Positions 1 through 13,369 are shown, numbered from the stretch's first letter. The stretch is DNA of 64,000 nt from Gekko japonicus (GCF_001447785.1 NW_015164211.1:62001-126000); one strand, 5' to 3'. Made by a program: numbers and translations. Notes: generated from the letters alone by a model not told the origin.

Positions 1-438
1 CTTTTATGTTCCTTTTGTTATAATTTAACATTAATTATAATTCCCATTAAGATACTGGAAAATGCTGCCATTTGAACCGTATGTGTTTTGTAAAAGAGAA
101 AATGGATTTTGATGGCCTCACCTGCTTTGATTCCGCTTTGCTTTATTAGCAACCTGTGCCATAACTCTCTCCCTTCATGGGTTAATTATTGGTGCTCTGA
201 GATCACAAATACAACCTTCTTGCTCACAACAACAATTTACAGTTTGGGGGGGGGGGGTTGGTCATGTTTTGCCTTGTTGTTCATCTCTTTCCTAGCTTTG
301 TTGTTGCCATCATAACTTGAGTATAAATTTGTTTGCTGACCTGGAACACAAATTTGTCAGACATTTCTCTGTGCAATGTTTTAAAAAGCTCCTTCCCCAA
401 ATTTTCTCCATTTAACCTCTGATGTCTTTTACTTTTCC

Positions 439-1102
439 TGTCAGCATTTAGCCTTTAAGGAAGGATGGTCCATTAGGACATGAGTAGAGGCACGTATGGC
501 CCTACACTGCCATTCCTGACTTAAAGTGGCCATCTTCAAACAGACGCACATCAGCAATGGAAGGAGCTGCTTCCCCACCCACAACCTTGAGCCTGCCCTG
601 CTCCCATGTGCGGCCCCAGTTGAGGCACCAACGGCCATGGCGCCACCCGCACCACCGAGGCCAGAAGAACCACTGCCACCACTGCAGCAAAGTGTCCCAG
701 CTGACCGCCTGGAGCCGGTCACAATATTTTCCTGGAGCGCCGGTGTTCCCTGCGAGAGCGCCAGCCGCCAGCCTACCTACAGGACTATGTGACATAGGTT
801 GGCTTGGAACTATGGGGGGAGGGGTGTTGTGTCCGCGGACTGCCACCAGGGGTCTGCGGCCTCAGTCCCTAGCTTGGTTCCAAACACAATAGGGACCAAG
901 GATCCTAGACCACCCTGAGTCCTCCAATAGGACCTTTGGTGGGAAATTCAGACCCCCCAATGGAACTGTGGGTGTGCCCAGGTGGAGAGTATATAGTTGG
1001 CCCTTGCCGGGCCTTGTGTGTTCTCTTGTTGTGAAGTACAATAAACACGTCTAGTTAGCATGTCGTAGTCCGAGTCTCCATGTGCGAACCCAGTACTTTA
1101 CA
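439..1102 (+). mobile_element. Probable solo LTR
   Basis: TG...CA ends, AATAAA near 1040; 3' end GAACCCAGTACTTTACA resembles the end of the LTR at 48732-49019; TSD not clean, 5' boundary uncertain. Confidence 0.55.
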
Positions 1103-4100
1103 GTCCCACGAATGGCTGGATCCAACTGGTGGCCAGCCCATTGACACCACTACGGGGCAGCCTAATAATATGTTGCCAGCATCCTCAGCACAGAACCCGG
1201 GGTGGTCTTTCCCGAGAGAGAGACACCCCAAAATGACCTGTGAACTTCCGCAAGCAGTGCCCTATGAAGCCAGGCTTGGCTTAAACAGTGGCTTTTGCTG
1301 GGAGGCTAGAAGAACCACATCTTAGCTGAGAAAACTCAGGCCAAAGAGAATTCTCCAGGCTGGCTGCACTACCACGCACCCTCCATTCAAGCAACCCCCC
1401 CCCCTTGTCTATCCTGTCAGCTCAGTCCAAAAAGGACTAGAACGGGCAGGTCTCTGCCCTTGCCTCAGGCATATTCTACTGACAAAATGGCTATTTTGTT
1501 TGTCAAATGTACAGGCAGGCAGGCAGGCAGGCAGGCACAAAAAGCCTCTGGTCTGTGCTATTGTCATGAATGAAGTGTGTTGCCTGTTTCCATCCTCCTC
1601 TCCTGTTTCGCCTATATGTCAAAGAATATCTTTGGAATAATCCTCTCATTCCTGTCTCCATATATTTGTCTAAGATATTTGCATTCTTACACCTATGCCA
1701 GACTATCAAGGTAAACATTAACTTTCCATGTCTAGTGAATGGTCACCCATTCAGGTTCACCCTGCCACACATTAAGAAACATCACTTCTTTTGTCTGGCA
1801 CCAGGGAAACTCCAGACCACTCTCTTTTTCCACAATGGACATCCCCAGTACAGTCATCCAACATCTGGCTTTTATTGTTAAAGCCAGACTCTGCCCGACA
1901 GCTCATTGATCACATCTAGGCTTTGCCCATCCTGATGTCACGCACCCCTGGGACTCATCATTGGCCCAGGTAATCTATTGTTCTCACCTGAGACCAGCCC
2001 CCAAGACCTTCCATTGGTCTGCATTGTTTTCCAGTGCCTATATTCGTCAGCACATAGCCTCAGACTGTGTGCCTCTGCCTTGATGCCAACTGGCAGACCA
2101 CCCCTAAACCTCTGGGCCATAAACTCATCTCCATGGACCTCTGCACATCTGGACAGGTAGTATCACCCATAACTGCCCCCCTCTATCAGCTATCAATCAC
2201 CTCTGCTTTCTTAGTTCTGTATTGTGTGTGTGAATGTTTGAATATTGTTTGTATGCTTGAGAATATTTAGTAAAGAAATAATTATTTTAGCTACCCAGTC
2301 TCTGTGTCTGTTCTTGGGTTCTTGGGAATTCTAACTCCAGTATACACAGGTCTGATCCTATAGTTATGCCAGCTGCTCATCAATATCATAATTCTCCAAT
2401 CTATTATTAAGAAATAGAGCAATTTGTCTAACAAATATCATCTAGAGGCGAGATGATTCCTTCCCAGTTGGATGTATAGTAATCTAACCATGGCTAATTT
2501 ACTGCTATTGTTGTTGGCTGATGCTATTCCAGATGTTACTCTTAAGGTGGCTTTTATTTTTCTGTCATCAAATATAAGGAAGAAATTAATTTCAGCTGCT
2601 CCTACAAGAATTTTAGCCAAACTATAACTATTTCATAGAGGGTATTTTAGCGGTCTTATCTTCTGCCCTCGCCTACCACAGCATTCCTGAGGGGAGGGAG
2701 AGTGTATCTGTAGGAGTAGACCGCTTGCTGCTGTAACTCTTCTAGGGAGCCCCAACGAGACATCGTTTCACACGGGAAGATGTCCTTGGAGAAAGTTCTT
2801 TGATTAGTTAGAGGAGGACCCTAATTTCTATGGTCCGGGTAGATTGCTAACGTGTATGAATGGAATGTGTGATTGTAACTATATGCACCTTTCCCATCTT
2901 CCCACCTCAGTTCTGACAAAAGAAGTCATTCCCTAAACATCTCATATCTTCTAATAAAACTTTCAATGAAGAAAGTGTGTGTGGAGAGTGATTTGACTGG
3001 GACTCTGACACACACAAAACACACACAAAAATTTTTAAAGGGGAACTTTCTCAGAATTGGATCAGATCCTTGTTCACTGAGCCATTGCTTGAAACCCACG
3101 GACCAGCCCTTTGCCTTGTTCTCTCTCTTCCCTACATGATCAGTCACTGCCCTACACAAACCTTCTCTTCCTACCAACAAACTTTGTGCAAAAATAACAT
3201 ATCAGCTTCTGTATGATGCTCACACCCAGTACCCAGTACCCAGTACCATGCTCAATTCGTATCTTGCTTCCTTGCTTCAACTGTAATTCTCGTTGCTCCT
3301 ACACTCTACCGCACTCTTGTCTTCCGTTCATATCATGTTACCCAATCTTTTTAAACAGAGATAACAGGGATTGAATCTGTGACTTTTGATCACGAGTCGG
3401 CAAGAGGAAGGAGGAGGGCGGGCAAAGGTGGCCCCCACCCATGGGGGACATTCGACCCACGGGTAGAAGAGTCGTGTTCTGCATGCAAAGCAGATTCTCT
3501 TCCATGGAGCCATGGCCCCATGCCAAACCTTGCTTTATCTGTTTGTATTGCTTTCCTGGAACTTGGCTTAGTGCCTGTCCCTGTCCTGTCCCATCTCTCT
3601 TAGTGGGGAGATCCACCCAGGCGATGTCTGCCCTGTTTCCTGATATCCCCCCCCTGCTTCCCCAAAGGCCTGACCCTGTTACAAGAGTAGCCATGCTCCT
3701 CCATGGCAGAATCAGGAGGGGAAAACCCTTGATATCTAATACAGCATTTCTGGAGTAATGCAATCACTGACTGTAAGCATAATCCTATAAAATATACAAA
3801 ACTAACAAAAATTATTACATTTATTTTAATTCTTATTTATTTTAATATAGTAATTGCCAAAAGTAGAAACAAAAGACTGTAGTCCTTCAGAAAGCTCTTG
3901 AAAATTCATTTTGATGTGCTAAAAACATTTCAGATTAATGCATCCATCTTGAGTACTAACGGCACTCAAGTACTAATAGGTTTGTCCTATTCTGTCCAGA
4001 AGCCTAATGCTACTCAGTGTGAAAATCCCATGCCATTGTCCGCTTCACTTCCCTGATTGCAAAAGTTAAACCCCCCCAAGTTGGTTTACACAGCTTTATA

Positions 4101-4605
4101 TTATACAGCTGATGTATCTGACCAAATAATAGATGAGACCTTCCCACATCATCAGGATTTGAACATTATACCCGTGTTTATTTTTGATAAACCCTTGTTC
4201 TGTGATAACCTTGATATTTTATAAAAGCAAGGAAAGAGTTCTCAAATGGTCTAGGATTGTCAGGTTTCAGCTCAGAGGTCCTGCCTGTCCCATTAAAAGA
4301 TCTAGGCAGGATGGCAGGAAGCAAGCACTATACTCCCCGCCCCGCCCTTCTACAGGTTCTTTCTCCCACTTTCTCCATTGCAGTAACAACAAGAAATCTG
4401 GTTTGTCCCACAGCAGGTGTAAGTGCAGAATGGGTGAAAGAAGTCTGTGGAAGAACAGCAAAGGAAGCACCTCAGCTGCATCCTCTCTTTCCACTTCTTA
4501 CTGAGCCAGGCAAAAACTCCAGGTTGACACCTGGCTGTCCTACCACCCTGCCACCTTCTTTTGCTCCTTAGAGACATCATGATGGAGATGTCTGGAAGGA
4601 ACAGA

Positions 4606-5837
4606 TGTGACAGACTGCACTTTAAAAGAGGTATGTAAACATGTGAAGGGTTAATGCCTCACAGAGACGGAGAAACTTTGAGTTACAAGCTGCTCAAAGG
4701 GATTTTATTGGAAGGGAAGGTCTCATCTGATAGTGGCCCATTCTGCATCTAGCACTCACTCACCTGTTTTACCAAAAATCCACATTGGAACAGAAATTCC
4801 CCTCTACACTGCATGCCACTTTCACTTTGAATGATTGTCGGATTTTATGGCAGCGTCCAGACTGCATGCTGCTTTCACTTTGTTTGACCTCTTGGTTTTA
4901 TGGCGGCCCGTCTGCATAGATTTATGGCTTTTTTATGGCCATTCAGGGATGATTCTACAGTCAGTATGGCATTTGCCCCGGGGTATTTGAATGTGGTTTT
5001 GAGCTGCATCTTTTTCTGTTCCAGTGTGGGTTTGGTAAAACAATAGAGCGAATGCTAGATGCAGAATGGGCCAATATAAAGCTGTGTAAACCGACATGGG
5101 GGTATTTAACTTTTGCATTCAGTTGAGAAGAAAGAGTTGGAAACTGACTGCAGTTTAGCACTGACTAATGACAGGGAAGGTTGGCAAGGAGGAGTGGGAG
5201 GATCAGTGAGGCCATTTGGGCCAGGATAGATCTTCTAGTTAGAGAAGAAATTCCCTGCCCAGTTGAAAGGGAGATAGCGCTAAAGAGTGGAATGATACCA
5301 AGCGTGCACAGAGAAAGAATTTGGGTGCTTGGTAGTGTATCCCTGCCTTCTGAAACAAGAATCATCAGTTAAACTCAATAAAGTATACTGGAGTATTTAG
5401 GAAACATTGAAACAAAGGCCTCTCATCTTGAAAATTCTGTGTGAAAACTTTAAAACTCTCAATTGCTGGAAACATATGAACTGTAGTTTGTGAAAACATT
5501 GTTACCTCAGAGTTCTTATTGATTTACCTCAGACATTATATCCCCAATTTCACCTGACCTTTCCCCCTCTACATTGAATAAAATATTTTGTTTATTTTTG
5601 AATGTTATAAAGCCTCTCTTGTGCCATTTCATAAGTTTAAGTTACAAGGGTGATCTTGTCTCTTCTCTGAAGTTCCTGGGCTAAGCCAGCATAAAAATAC
5701 AATAACATGACAGGCTGGGAGAGCCACAGATCTTCAGGAAAGAAGAAAATAGATAAAGGGACTGCTCAGTCAGAAAAGAAGAAGAAAACAGAGGGAAAAT
5801 ACTGCATCTCAGGGAGGGAAGAGGGCAGGCTGTCATA
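4606..5837 (+). mobile_element. Solo LTR-like element with a nested MITE
   Basis: Starts TGTGACAG, ends CTGTCATA; flanks ACAGA/ACAGG; collinear similarity with 27564-28440. Confidence 0.65.
4735..5072. mobile_element. Harbinger-like MITE
   Basis: Perfect 20-bp TIR GGCCCATTCTGCATCTAGCA extending imperfectly to about 65 bp; internal ~50-bp direct repeats. Confidence 0.75.
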
Positions 5838-5957
5838 ACAGGCTCTTCACTGCTCTACTGAGTATCTTGAGAAGGTCCAGCTTAAGAAAAATGCATCCTA
5901 GAAATCTGACACTAAAGAGTACTGCCATCTCTGAAAACTGCCACAAAAATGTGTTTG

Positions 5958-5967
5958 TTTATTTATT
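5958..5967 (-). terminator. Overlapping AATAAA poly(A) signals of SULT6B1
   Basis: AATAAATAAA on the minus strand about 47-56 nt after the stop codon. Confidence 0.6.
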
Positions 5968-5991
5968 GAGTGTATGAAAGGAAATGTTAAT

Positions 5992-6004
5992 GAAAGCGAA
6001 ACTG
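5992..6004 (+). promoter_or_regulatory. ISRE/IRF-E consensus GAAAGCGAAACTG
   Basis: Matches GAAANNGAAACT; a second GAAAGGAAA lies at 5976-5984. Motif match only. Confidence 0.35.
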
Positions 6005-6013
6005 TTCACACTT

Positions 6014-6144
6014 TCAGGCTTTGCAGTACACATCATACTTCAGTTTTGCTTCCAGCTTTGTTCCTGCTAAACACTCCTTGAATTTTGCATCCATTTTCTG
6101 GTTTTGTGTTTCATTGAAAAGGGTCTTCCAATCACCTACTACAC
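6014..6144 (-). CDS. SULT6B1: SULT6B1 coding exon 7 (last, TGA stop)
   Basis: (G)VVGDWKTLFNETQNQKMDAKFKECLAGTKLEAKLKYDVYCKA*; completes RKGxxGDWK; the 7 exons total 909 nt = 302 aa plus stop. Confidence 0.95.
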
Positions 6145-6378
6145 CTAGAACGAAAACAAAATGCAGAGGGGGGCAAGGGAAGGGGAACATTTGACTATAA
6201 AGGTAGATTGATAATCGAGCAATGCAATAGCTTCGTCACTTTAAGATAACTGGGCACAAAAAAGGTACAGCTTGCTTGAACTGGGAGGTAAGGAAGAATC
6301 TGAACATAGCAAGAAACTCACAAGGTCTCTTCACTACCAGATCCTAGATCTTGCTTGCAATATTTCTTGAGTTGTAAT

Positions 6379-6721
6379 TAGGGTTGCCAAGTATTATTTT
6401 CGCCGCAGTGGGGGACTCCCGGCTGGTGGCTGGAGAGAGCACATGCCCGCAAAGCACGCACACGCCACATCCACGTCACTCGGAATGACGCGGGCACGCC
6501 GGGCACGCTGGGGGCGGGGCCACGACCATCCGAGGGAAAACCATAGAGTTTTCCCTCGGATGACCGTGGCCCCGCCTCCAGCATGCCCGACGTGCCCGCG
6601 TCACTTCCGGGTGACATGCACATCGGGGTGGAGTTCCCCCCGGGGTCCGATCCGCCAGCGGCGGGGAACGGGCCTCTGGGGCGGAGGTTTCCCCGCCCCC
6701 CGGGGGGACTTGGCAAGCCTT
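6379..6721. mobile_element. hAT-type MITE in SULT6B1 intron 6
   Basis: TAGGGTTGCCAAG TIR, perfect 8-bp TSD GTTGTAAT, central palindrome at 6530-6559. Confidence 0.88.
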
Positions 6722-7261
6722 GTTGTAATACCACCAAAGTGCAACTGATAGAGAAAACCTGGCTTTGTAAGCATGTGTACATGCACATATGCATGGAAGT
6801 AAGTAGGCAGAGATAGAGAAAATTTCAAGGCCTAATGGCTTTGTTCAGAGGTATCACTTCCTCTAGACATATGAAGCTGTCTTATACTGAATCAGAGCAC
6901 TGGCCCATCAAGGTCAGTCCTCAGACTGGCAGTGGGTCTCCGGGGTTTCAGGTGGAGGTCTTTCATGTCACCTGTTACCTAGATGCAAAGGACTGAACCT
7001 GGGAACTTCTACATGCAAAGCAGATTCTCTACCACTGAGCCATGGCCCCTACCCAAAGTACAGTTTGGTGCCTTATAGATGAGCCTTGAAGGAGATTCAT
7101 GCTCACTCTCACAACCTCCTGCCCCCTTCATATGCTACAAGAAAATCAGTATTTCATTGATTTCAACAAATCTCAGGTGGTCATTACAGCGATCCTTTGT
7201 CCCATAAGCCAGGATTGTTGATTTCCATTTTGCAATTTTGATGTGCCGGGCAATTACAAAC

Positions 7262-7602
7262 CAGAAGTCATTTCGGGGGGGAACGCGGGGGAACGCAGTT
7301 CCTCCGGGTGAGGTACCGGGGGGGCGGGGCACATGACAAAGCTCCGCCCCCTGCTTCCGGCCGCCCCGCTTCCGGCCCTCATTCAGCCAGGAGGAGGCAG
7401 GAGAAGAGGGAGGGTAAGTTGCTTCCTCCCTGCCTCTCCCCACCCCTGCCTGCCTGGGGCCAGGGAGGGCCTTCGCGGTGCTTCCTTGCACTCCTGCCGG
7501 CCTTGCAGGTCCACCGCCGGGCCCCTGATGTCAAGGGGTGTGGCATATGCTAATGAGTTATGCTAATGAGTTCCCCTAGCTCTTTTTCTACGAAATGACC
7601 CG
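7262..7602. mobile_element. hAT-type MITE
   Basis: GTCATTTCG TIR core, 8-bp TSD TTACAAAC; a related end starts at 8108. Confidence 0.8.
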
Positions 7603-8546
7603 TTACAAACCATCATTTACCAGTTCAGATTTAACAGCAAACGACAGTTCACCAAAATACTAGGAAGTACAATTTGTTGTTGCTGCTGTTTCACTAGGAA
7701 GTAACTAATCAGTTTGTGGTGGAGGAAGGGAAGAGTGAGGGTAGAAATGATCATATCTATGAGTCTGTGGCTCCTTCCAAAGTTGTCGACACAGCACCAA
7801 ACCAATGACTGACATTACATATGTACCAGGCTGTAGCATTCCATTCCATTGGATAACTTGGTAATTGAGGGCCAGTTTACAATTTGCTTACCCATAAGAG
7901 CTGCTGTAGAAATTCTGAGGAGGGATATCCTCCATATTGTCTCATCTTTTCTTTTAAAAGCATTAAATTAATTACAACTGATGAAAACACAGAACAGGTA
8001 ATGTGTTGGCTGTAAAATATATCTTGAGAGATAAATGACAGGAATACCCTTTTTGCAGATGGACAAAAACTGACAAAAAGCATTTTTAATCAAGATAGGA
8101 TATATACAGGGGTCATTTCCTGCAGGAGCGCACAGGAGTGGAGCTCCGGCAGTAAAGAGCCCAGGGGGCAGGCACATGCAACAAGCCCCGCCCTCTGCTC
8201 CCAGCAGCTCTGGGCCACGAGGAGCAAGAAACAGCCAGGTAAGTTGCAGAGCCTACCCCCCCCCGCCGCCCGTGCTGAGGCGCAGAGCCCGGGGAAGGCC
8301 TCTGGAGCCCCACTGCCCGCCTTTCCCGGCACCTGCGGGATGGTGGCGGCAGCGAGGGCTTGATTGAGGGGTGAGCCATGGGGGATCTTCAAGAGCAGAT
8401 CTGCGCGTGTCCCCCCCCCCCCAAAGCAAGCATCCCAAAAAGGTCCGGACAATCATAAGAAAATGGAAGACTCCTCATCATTTGATGCTACAAATCATAC
8501 AGGGACAACAGTATTACTAACTGCCTTCTTTTTAAAAAAAGTGTAC

Positions 8547-8703
8547 CTTTCCGGAAGAGAAGTGGACCAGCTGCACCATGTGTCTCCTTTGATCTCTCCC
8601 TCACCACTTGGAAGGAAGCCCTATCTGCAATAGACTGACTTTGCTCCATGGTAGAAGCAAAACCAAAAAACTCAGCAATCTGCTTCACTCCATTAAGCAA
8701 GTC
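8547..8703 (-). CDS. SULT6B1: SULT6B1 coding exon 6
   Basis: DLLNGVKQIAEFFGF...ETHGAAGPLLFRK(G); TTTCAG acceptor; 157 nt. Confidence 0.95.
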
Positions 8704-10025
8704 CTGAAAGCAATATAGTGGCACACTTATTTATTTTACTTAGAACATTTTTATGCTGCCTTTCCATCCTATCAGGGTCCACAAGGCAGCAAACATAAAA
8801 AACATTAAAACATTTGAACAATGCAGATACAATTAAAATATAAAATTCAATTAAAAACACATGTCAAGGTAGCAAGCGTAGTTCATTTCCCATTGTAAGC
8901 TAGGCTAGTAGACCGTGTCCCAGTACTGGATTCAGGGCACAAAGTTGTGCTCAGTGCAGATCTGCCCTACTTTGGCCTAATCTTGTTAGAGTCACTAAGG
9001 ACATCTCTTTATACATAATGTCTAACGACATGATTTTGGGGTGCAGGTCCACTAAGGACTGTTAATCACGGGTGCCCATACAAAGTCCCCACTGGGAATT
9101 CAATTACCTAGTGTGCAGGCTCCATTTGGGTTGAGGATGCAGTACATTGAGAGAAGGGGCTTATGCCTTCCATCTGTATAATTTTCAAGACAGAAAGTAA
9201 ACCCTAGGGGGAGTGCTATTTACCCGGTTGAGGAAACTTTCATGTGCCCCATCAGGATACATGGAGCCCTCAACTGGGCAAATAGTAGTCCCCACTTGAC
9301 CATTTCAGGTTGGGGAAATGGCACAGGGGGACACTGAAGCCTGTTCTCCCTAAGCACTGGGATCCCTAATCTGGCATACCTGGGAACTGAGTTCCCAGCA
9401 GAGGGCTCACAGGTACAAGTAGGCCCAGAAATACATACTGATTATATGGTATATAATACATACAACTGTACTGCAGCTATATGAAGACTGAAAAACCCGG
9501 ACTGAAAAAGAGATGCATGAGGACTGTAGGAATCAGAGGGGCATGGGATGTACCACTGTTCCCCCTTGACCCAAACACTAAGGGCAGACCAACGTATTCG
9601 GTCTGCAAACTTATTTGATTCTTGCCGTTAATATGAATTTTGCGGGGAGTCCTTGCAATAAAATGGCAGTCACAGTTGCGGCACAACAAAAAGAAGGTTG
9701 TCAGACCTCTATAACTCTCTATAACTGGGCTTGCACTTCTTGCTTTTTAAAAAAAATTCTAGTTTGTCATACTAATCACAGATTTATTTTTTTGCTGTCA
9801 CAACACTGCCAAAAAACATTTTCTATTATGGTATCCCACTTATGGAACACACACACACACCATTTTTCCTGGAAGCTATTCTGCCAAGTTTTAGGAGCTA
9901 AATTAAATTATTTTACTTACCCCAGATTTTAGTGAACAATTCTTTTTGTGGTTTTCATTGTAGATATTACTATTTTGCAGGCGTGTTTTTACTGGCTATA
10001 GCATATTTTGATATTTTATTGCCAT

Positions 10026-10700
10026 ATCTATATATCTAATTCCCAAGGGGCCCCCTGCGTGCGGATATCTAAATCCGCACATCGGGGGCACCTGGGGGGC
10101 AGGGAGATTTTCCTGCGCGCGTGGGGCAATGCCCAGGTGTGCAGAAAAATCTGAAAACTGTAAAAAAATATAGGGGGGATAATTAAATCCCAAAAAAATA
10201 AAAGAGCATCCCCTGCGCATGCGCAGGGGATGTTCTTAGCACGGCTTCACCGCCGCCGCCACCAGAGAGGGGGAGGGGTGGGAGAGAAGCCTTGGCCGGC
10301 TGGCGGCTGTAAGCCGCTCAGCCCTCGCCCTCGCCACCTGGGGGGAGGGAGAAAGTTTGGCGGGCCGGGGAGGGGAGAAAGTTCAGTGGGCCAATGAGGC
10401 CTCACCGCTGCCACCGCTGAGGGGGAGGGAGAAAGTTTGGCAGGCCAGCAAGGCCTCGCCACCACTGGGGGGGGGAGGGAGAAAGTTCGGTGGGCCAGCA
10501 AGGCCTCGCTGCCGCTGCCGCCGCTAGGGGAGGGGGGAAGCTTGGAGGGGCGCGGTCCTTGCCGTGGGTGTCAGGGATGGGGGGGTCAGGGGAGAAGGCT
10601 CACCTGTGGCTACTTCCTTCTCCCGTGGAGCTTCTCCTCCCCCCAGCGAGTATCACGGGTCCCCCTTCTTGTGATCTTCTATTGTTTCATTAGAAGCCCC
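10026..10700. mobile_element. GC-rich unclassified element with internal GGGGAGGGAGAAAGTT repeats
   Basis: Abrupt GC/CpG-rich block in SULT6B1 intron 5; TCTATATATCT start resembles Helitron 5' ends; 3' end not identified. Confidence 0.4.
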
Positions 10701-10895
10701 CTTTAAAATTATTTTAACTGAAAAGATGAGAAAAGTGTGTATATTCGATCAATCAAATTAGGTGAGCCCTGACTCAAGTTAAGCTCTGAATTCTGACCTA
10801 CCTACTTCCTTTTACAAAATCCCTGTGAGTGCAGGTCAGGCCCTTTACCATTAGAAAGTAAGATAACCCTTGCTAGTAACTATGAATAAGCCCAC

Positions 10896-10990
10896 CTCTT
10901 TTAAGTCTTCATATGTCAGCAGCAGAACATTGTCGTCATCTATGTGTTTGTTCCAGGAGACTGCATGGTCAAAATAAGATCCCCAGGCAA
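10896..10990 (-). CDS. SULT6B1: SULT6B1 coding exon 5
   Basis: (V)AWGSYFDHAVSWNKHIDDDNVLLLTYEDLKE; TGCAG acceptor, GTGGGC donor; 95 nt. Confidence 0.95.
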
Positions 10991-11796
10991 CTGCAGATCA
11001 AAGACAGTGTATCAAAATTACCTTATGACTACTGGAAGGTGCCACAACCTTAACAGGAGGCTATTCCTAAAAATGTTTTGTTGTGTGGGCACTCTGTTCT
11101 TTCATAGCCCACAGGAGTCACAGACACTCAGAAGGAAAGTAAGCAGGTGATTATTCTCAAGGAGAATCACTAAATGCAATCCTAGGCAGGGTTACTCCAG
11201 TCTAAACCCATCATTTCAAAGGACTCAGACTGGAGTAACTCTGTCCAAGATTGCACTGTAGGAGTCTCGCTAGTTTTCTTCCGCTTGTGATGTGAGGTCA
11301 GCTTTTGAAGAAAACATTCTGGACATTCGCAGTTCAACTTGGTTGGAGATAGATAATAGATTTTTCAGAGTACTGAAGGTGGTACAATAAAGTCATCATT
11401 GCTCATGGTGTGTACTCTCATCCCACCGTTTCTCTGGTAAACAGGTTTTGCAGGGCTTTATATTGGTTCAAAAATCCAAATCTAACAATGTAACAAAAGG
11501 AATATCAGACACAGCAATACCTCTAATATAGCATTTTCAACTGTCTTCAAACCTATAACCTTTCCCAGCTAGATTTACCAATCAAGGCACCATGGCTGAA
11601 GGGATACGGATGCCTCCCCTTCAGAATGCACCCCCCACGGCAAGGAAAATCATAGCTACTACATAATCCAACTCTTCCCCTGCTAGCGGGAGCAAATCTC
11701 AGATCAGATTGGCAATGTTATAATTCAGTTATCCTACTAAATATTTTCCCTGAGGTGTTTCAATGCCCAAATCCATACAAGAGTAGCAAATAATAC

Positions 11797-11923
11797 CTGA
11801 TCCATTCATAAATTCTGAAAAGAACTCCTCCCAAGAGTTATAACTTGGAACACTTGGAGCATTGTTATGAAAGTGGAAAAACGATGCAGCTGTATCTTTA
11901 GGATTTCGAAACACCACCAGTAT
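11797..11923 (-). CDS. SULT6B1: SULT6B1 coding exon 4
   Basis: ILVVFRNPKDTAASFFHFHNNAPSVPSYNSWEEFFSEFMNGS, 3'-PB motif RNPKD..S; 127 nt. Confidence 0.95.
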
Positions 11924-12379
11924 CTGGAATGAGATAAACAGGAAAACAATTTTTAACTCGTCTGATCATGACCACCATCTCACAGTCCACTACAGGTGTC
12001 TTATAGTATGTCAGCTACAACTAGAAACAATTGATTCTTGTGTCAAAGAAGAAGCAGGTTGAAATGGTAGCCATGGTTAAGTCCATGGAACTCCTCAAAA
12101 GCAAAAACTTGGACACCATCACCTTTTTGGTTTTGCCTCCCTGGAAAACAGGGAGCAGATGAGCAGACATTAGTAGATATTTCACATACAGAATTTGTTG
12201 TTATCTTGTAGCCACCAAGGCTCTGTTAGTCTCACAGGATGCCCTGGCTACATTCTTTGGACAGCAATTAGAGATATTTTGTACACACACAGGAAAATGC
12301 TGATCACCACTTTGGGGTTAGGAAGCAATTTTTCTCCAGGCCAGTTTGGCTGGAAATCCTGGAAGTTTTTCTCATAGTC

Positions 12380-12501
12380 TGGGCATGGAGCAGGGCTCAC
12401 TTGGGGTGTGGGGAGGGAGGTATTTGTGAATTTCAAGCATTGTGCAGGGGGGCTGGACTAGATGACCCTGGAGGTCCCTTCCAACTCTATGATTCTGTGA
12501 T
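12380..12501 (+). mobile_element. CR1 LINE 3' end
   Basis: GGACTAGATGACC...GGTCCCTTCCAACTCTATGATTCT terminus. Confidence 0.75.
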
Positions 12502-13369
12502 GGCCAGCATAGTGTAGCTGTCAGAGAGCTGAGATTACAACACAAGAGACAGACATAATCTCTCAGCCTAACCTACTTCACAAAGTTGTTGTGGGGATAA
12601 ACTGGAGAATAAAAGAGTATGTTTCCTTGAACTCCTTGGAAGGATTATGGGATTTAAAAAGAGATAGAATGCTACATATTGTGCCATGGCATGGTAGTTA
12701 GATGCCAGACTAGAAGCCAGGAGACCCAGGTTCAGATCCCCACTCTTGCCACAAAAGCTTTGGGCCAATTATACCCTCTTAACCTAACCTACCTCATAGG
12801 GTTGTTGTGAGGATAAAATGAAGAAAAAGTCAATATTGTAAGCCACTTTGGGTCCCCATTGGGGAGAAAAATGGAGTCTAAATAAAATAAATAAGCATGC
12901 ATCTGTATCCTATGTGCCAAAAAAAGAAATCATTTTGCATTATAATACCTCTCAGAAGATGCCACAGGGAGTTCCTGCTGGACATGTGCACTTTGCAGCA
13001 CTTACTCCTATGAAGAAATGCATGCGTTTCCCCTCTGAATGTGACTGATTCAATTCACATCTTAAAGTTCCCCTGCCATTTAACCATTTGTATTTCCACT
13101 AACAGCCACTGCCAGAAACATGACAAGATACTCCCACGGCTCCCATGCACTATGTGTGCGGCTCCCAAATGGGTGAAAGTAACTTGAATTTCTTGCAGTA
13201 CTTTCTGTCTCAGAGGGTTCAAGGAAGAAAGTGGGAAGTATCAATTCAGCCATTTTCATACTGTTACTCCATACCACACCAATTCCATTCACCACTGTCC
13301 CCAAGGTATGAATCGATGCTGTAAATATCTCCTGATAAATTCTGTAAATGAGCGTTGTCAGTCACTTAC

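Noticed and set aside
1-4600. EIF2AK2 coding exons expected from synteny
   Set aside because: No dsRBM or kinase-like sequence recognised; the region appears to be mostly LTR-like debris and simple repeats.
4755-4770. Strong minus-strand donor CAG|GTGAGT as a possible EIF2AK2 first exon
   Set aside because: Falls inside a MITE terminal repeat; no other exon evidence.
7262-7602. CpG-rich block with GC boxes and ETS sites resembling a promoter (considered for EIF2AK2)
   Set aside because: Bounded by TIRs and an 8-bp TSD and located inside SULT6B1 intron 6, so it is a hAT MITE.
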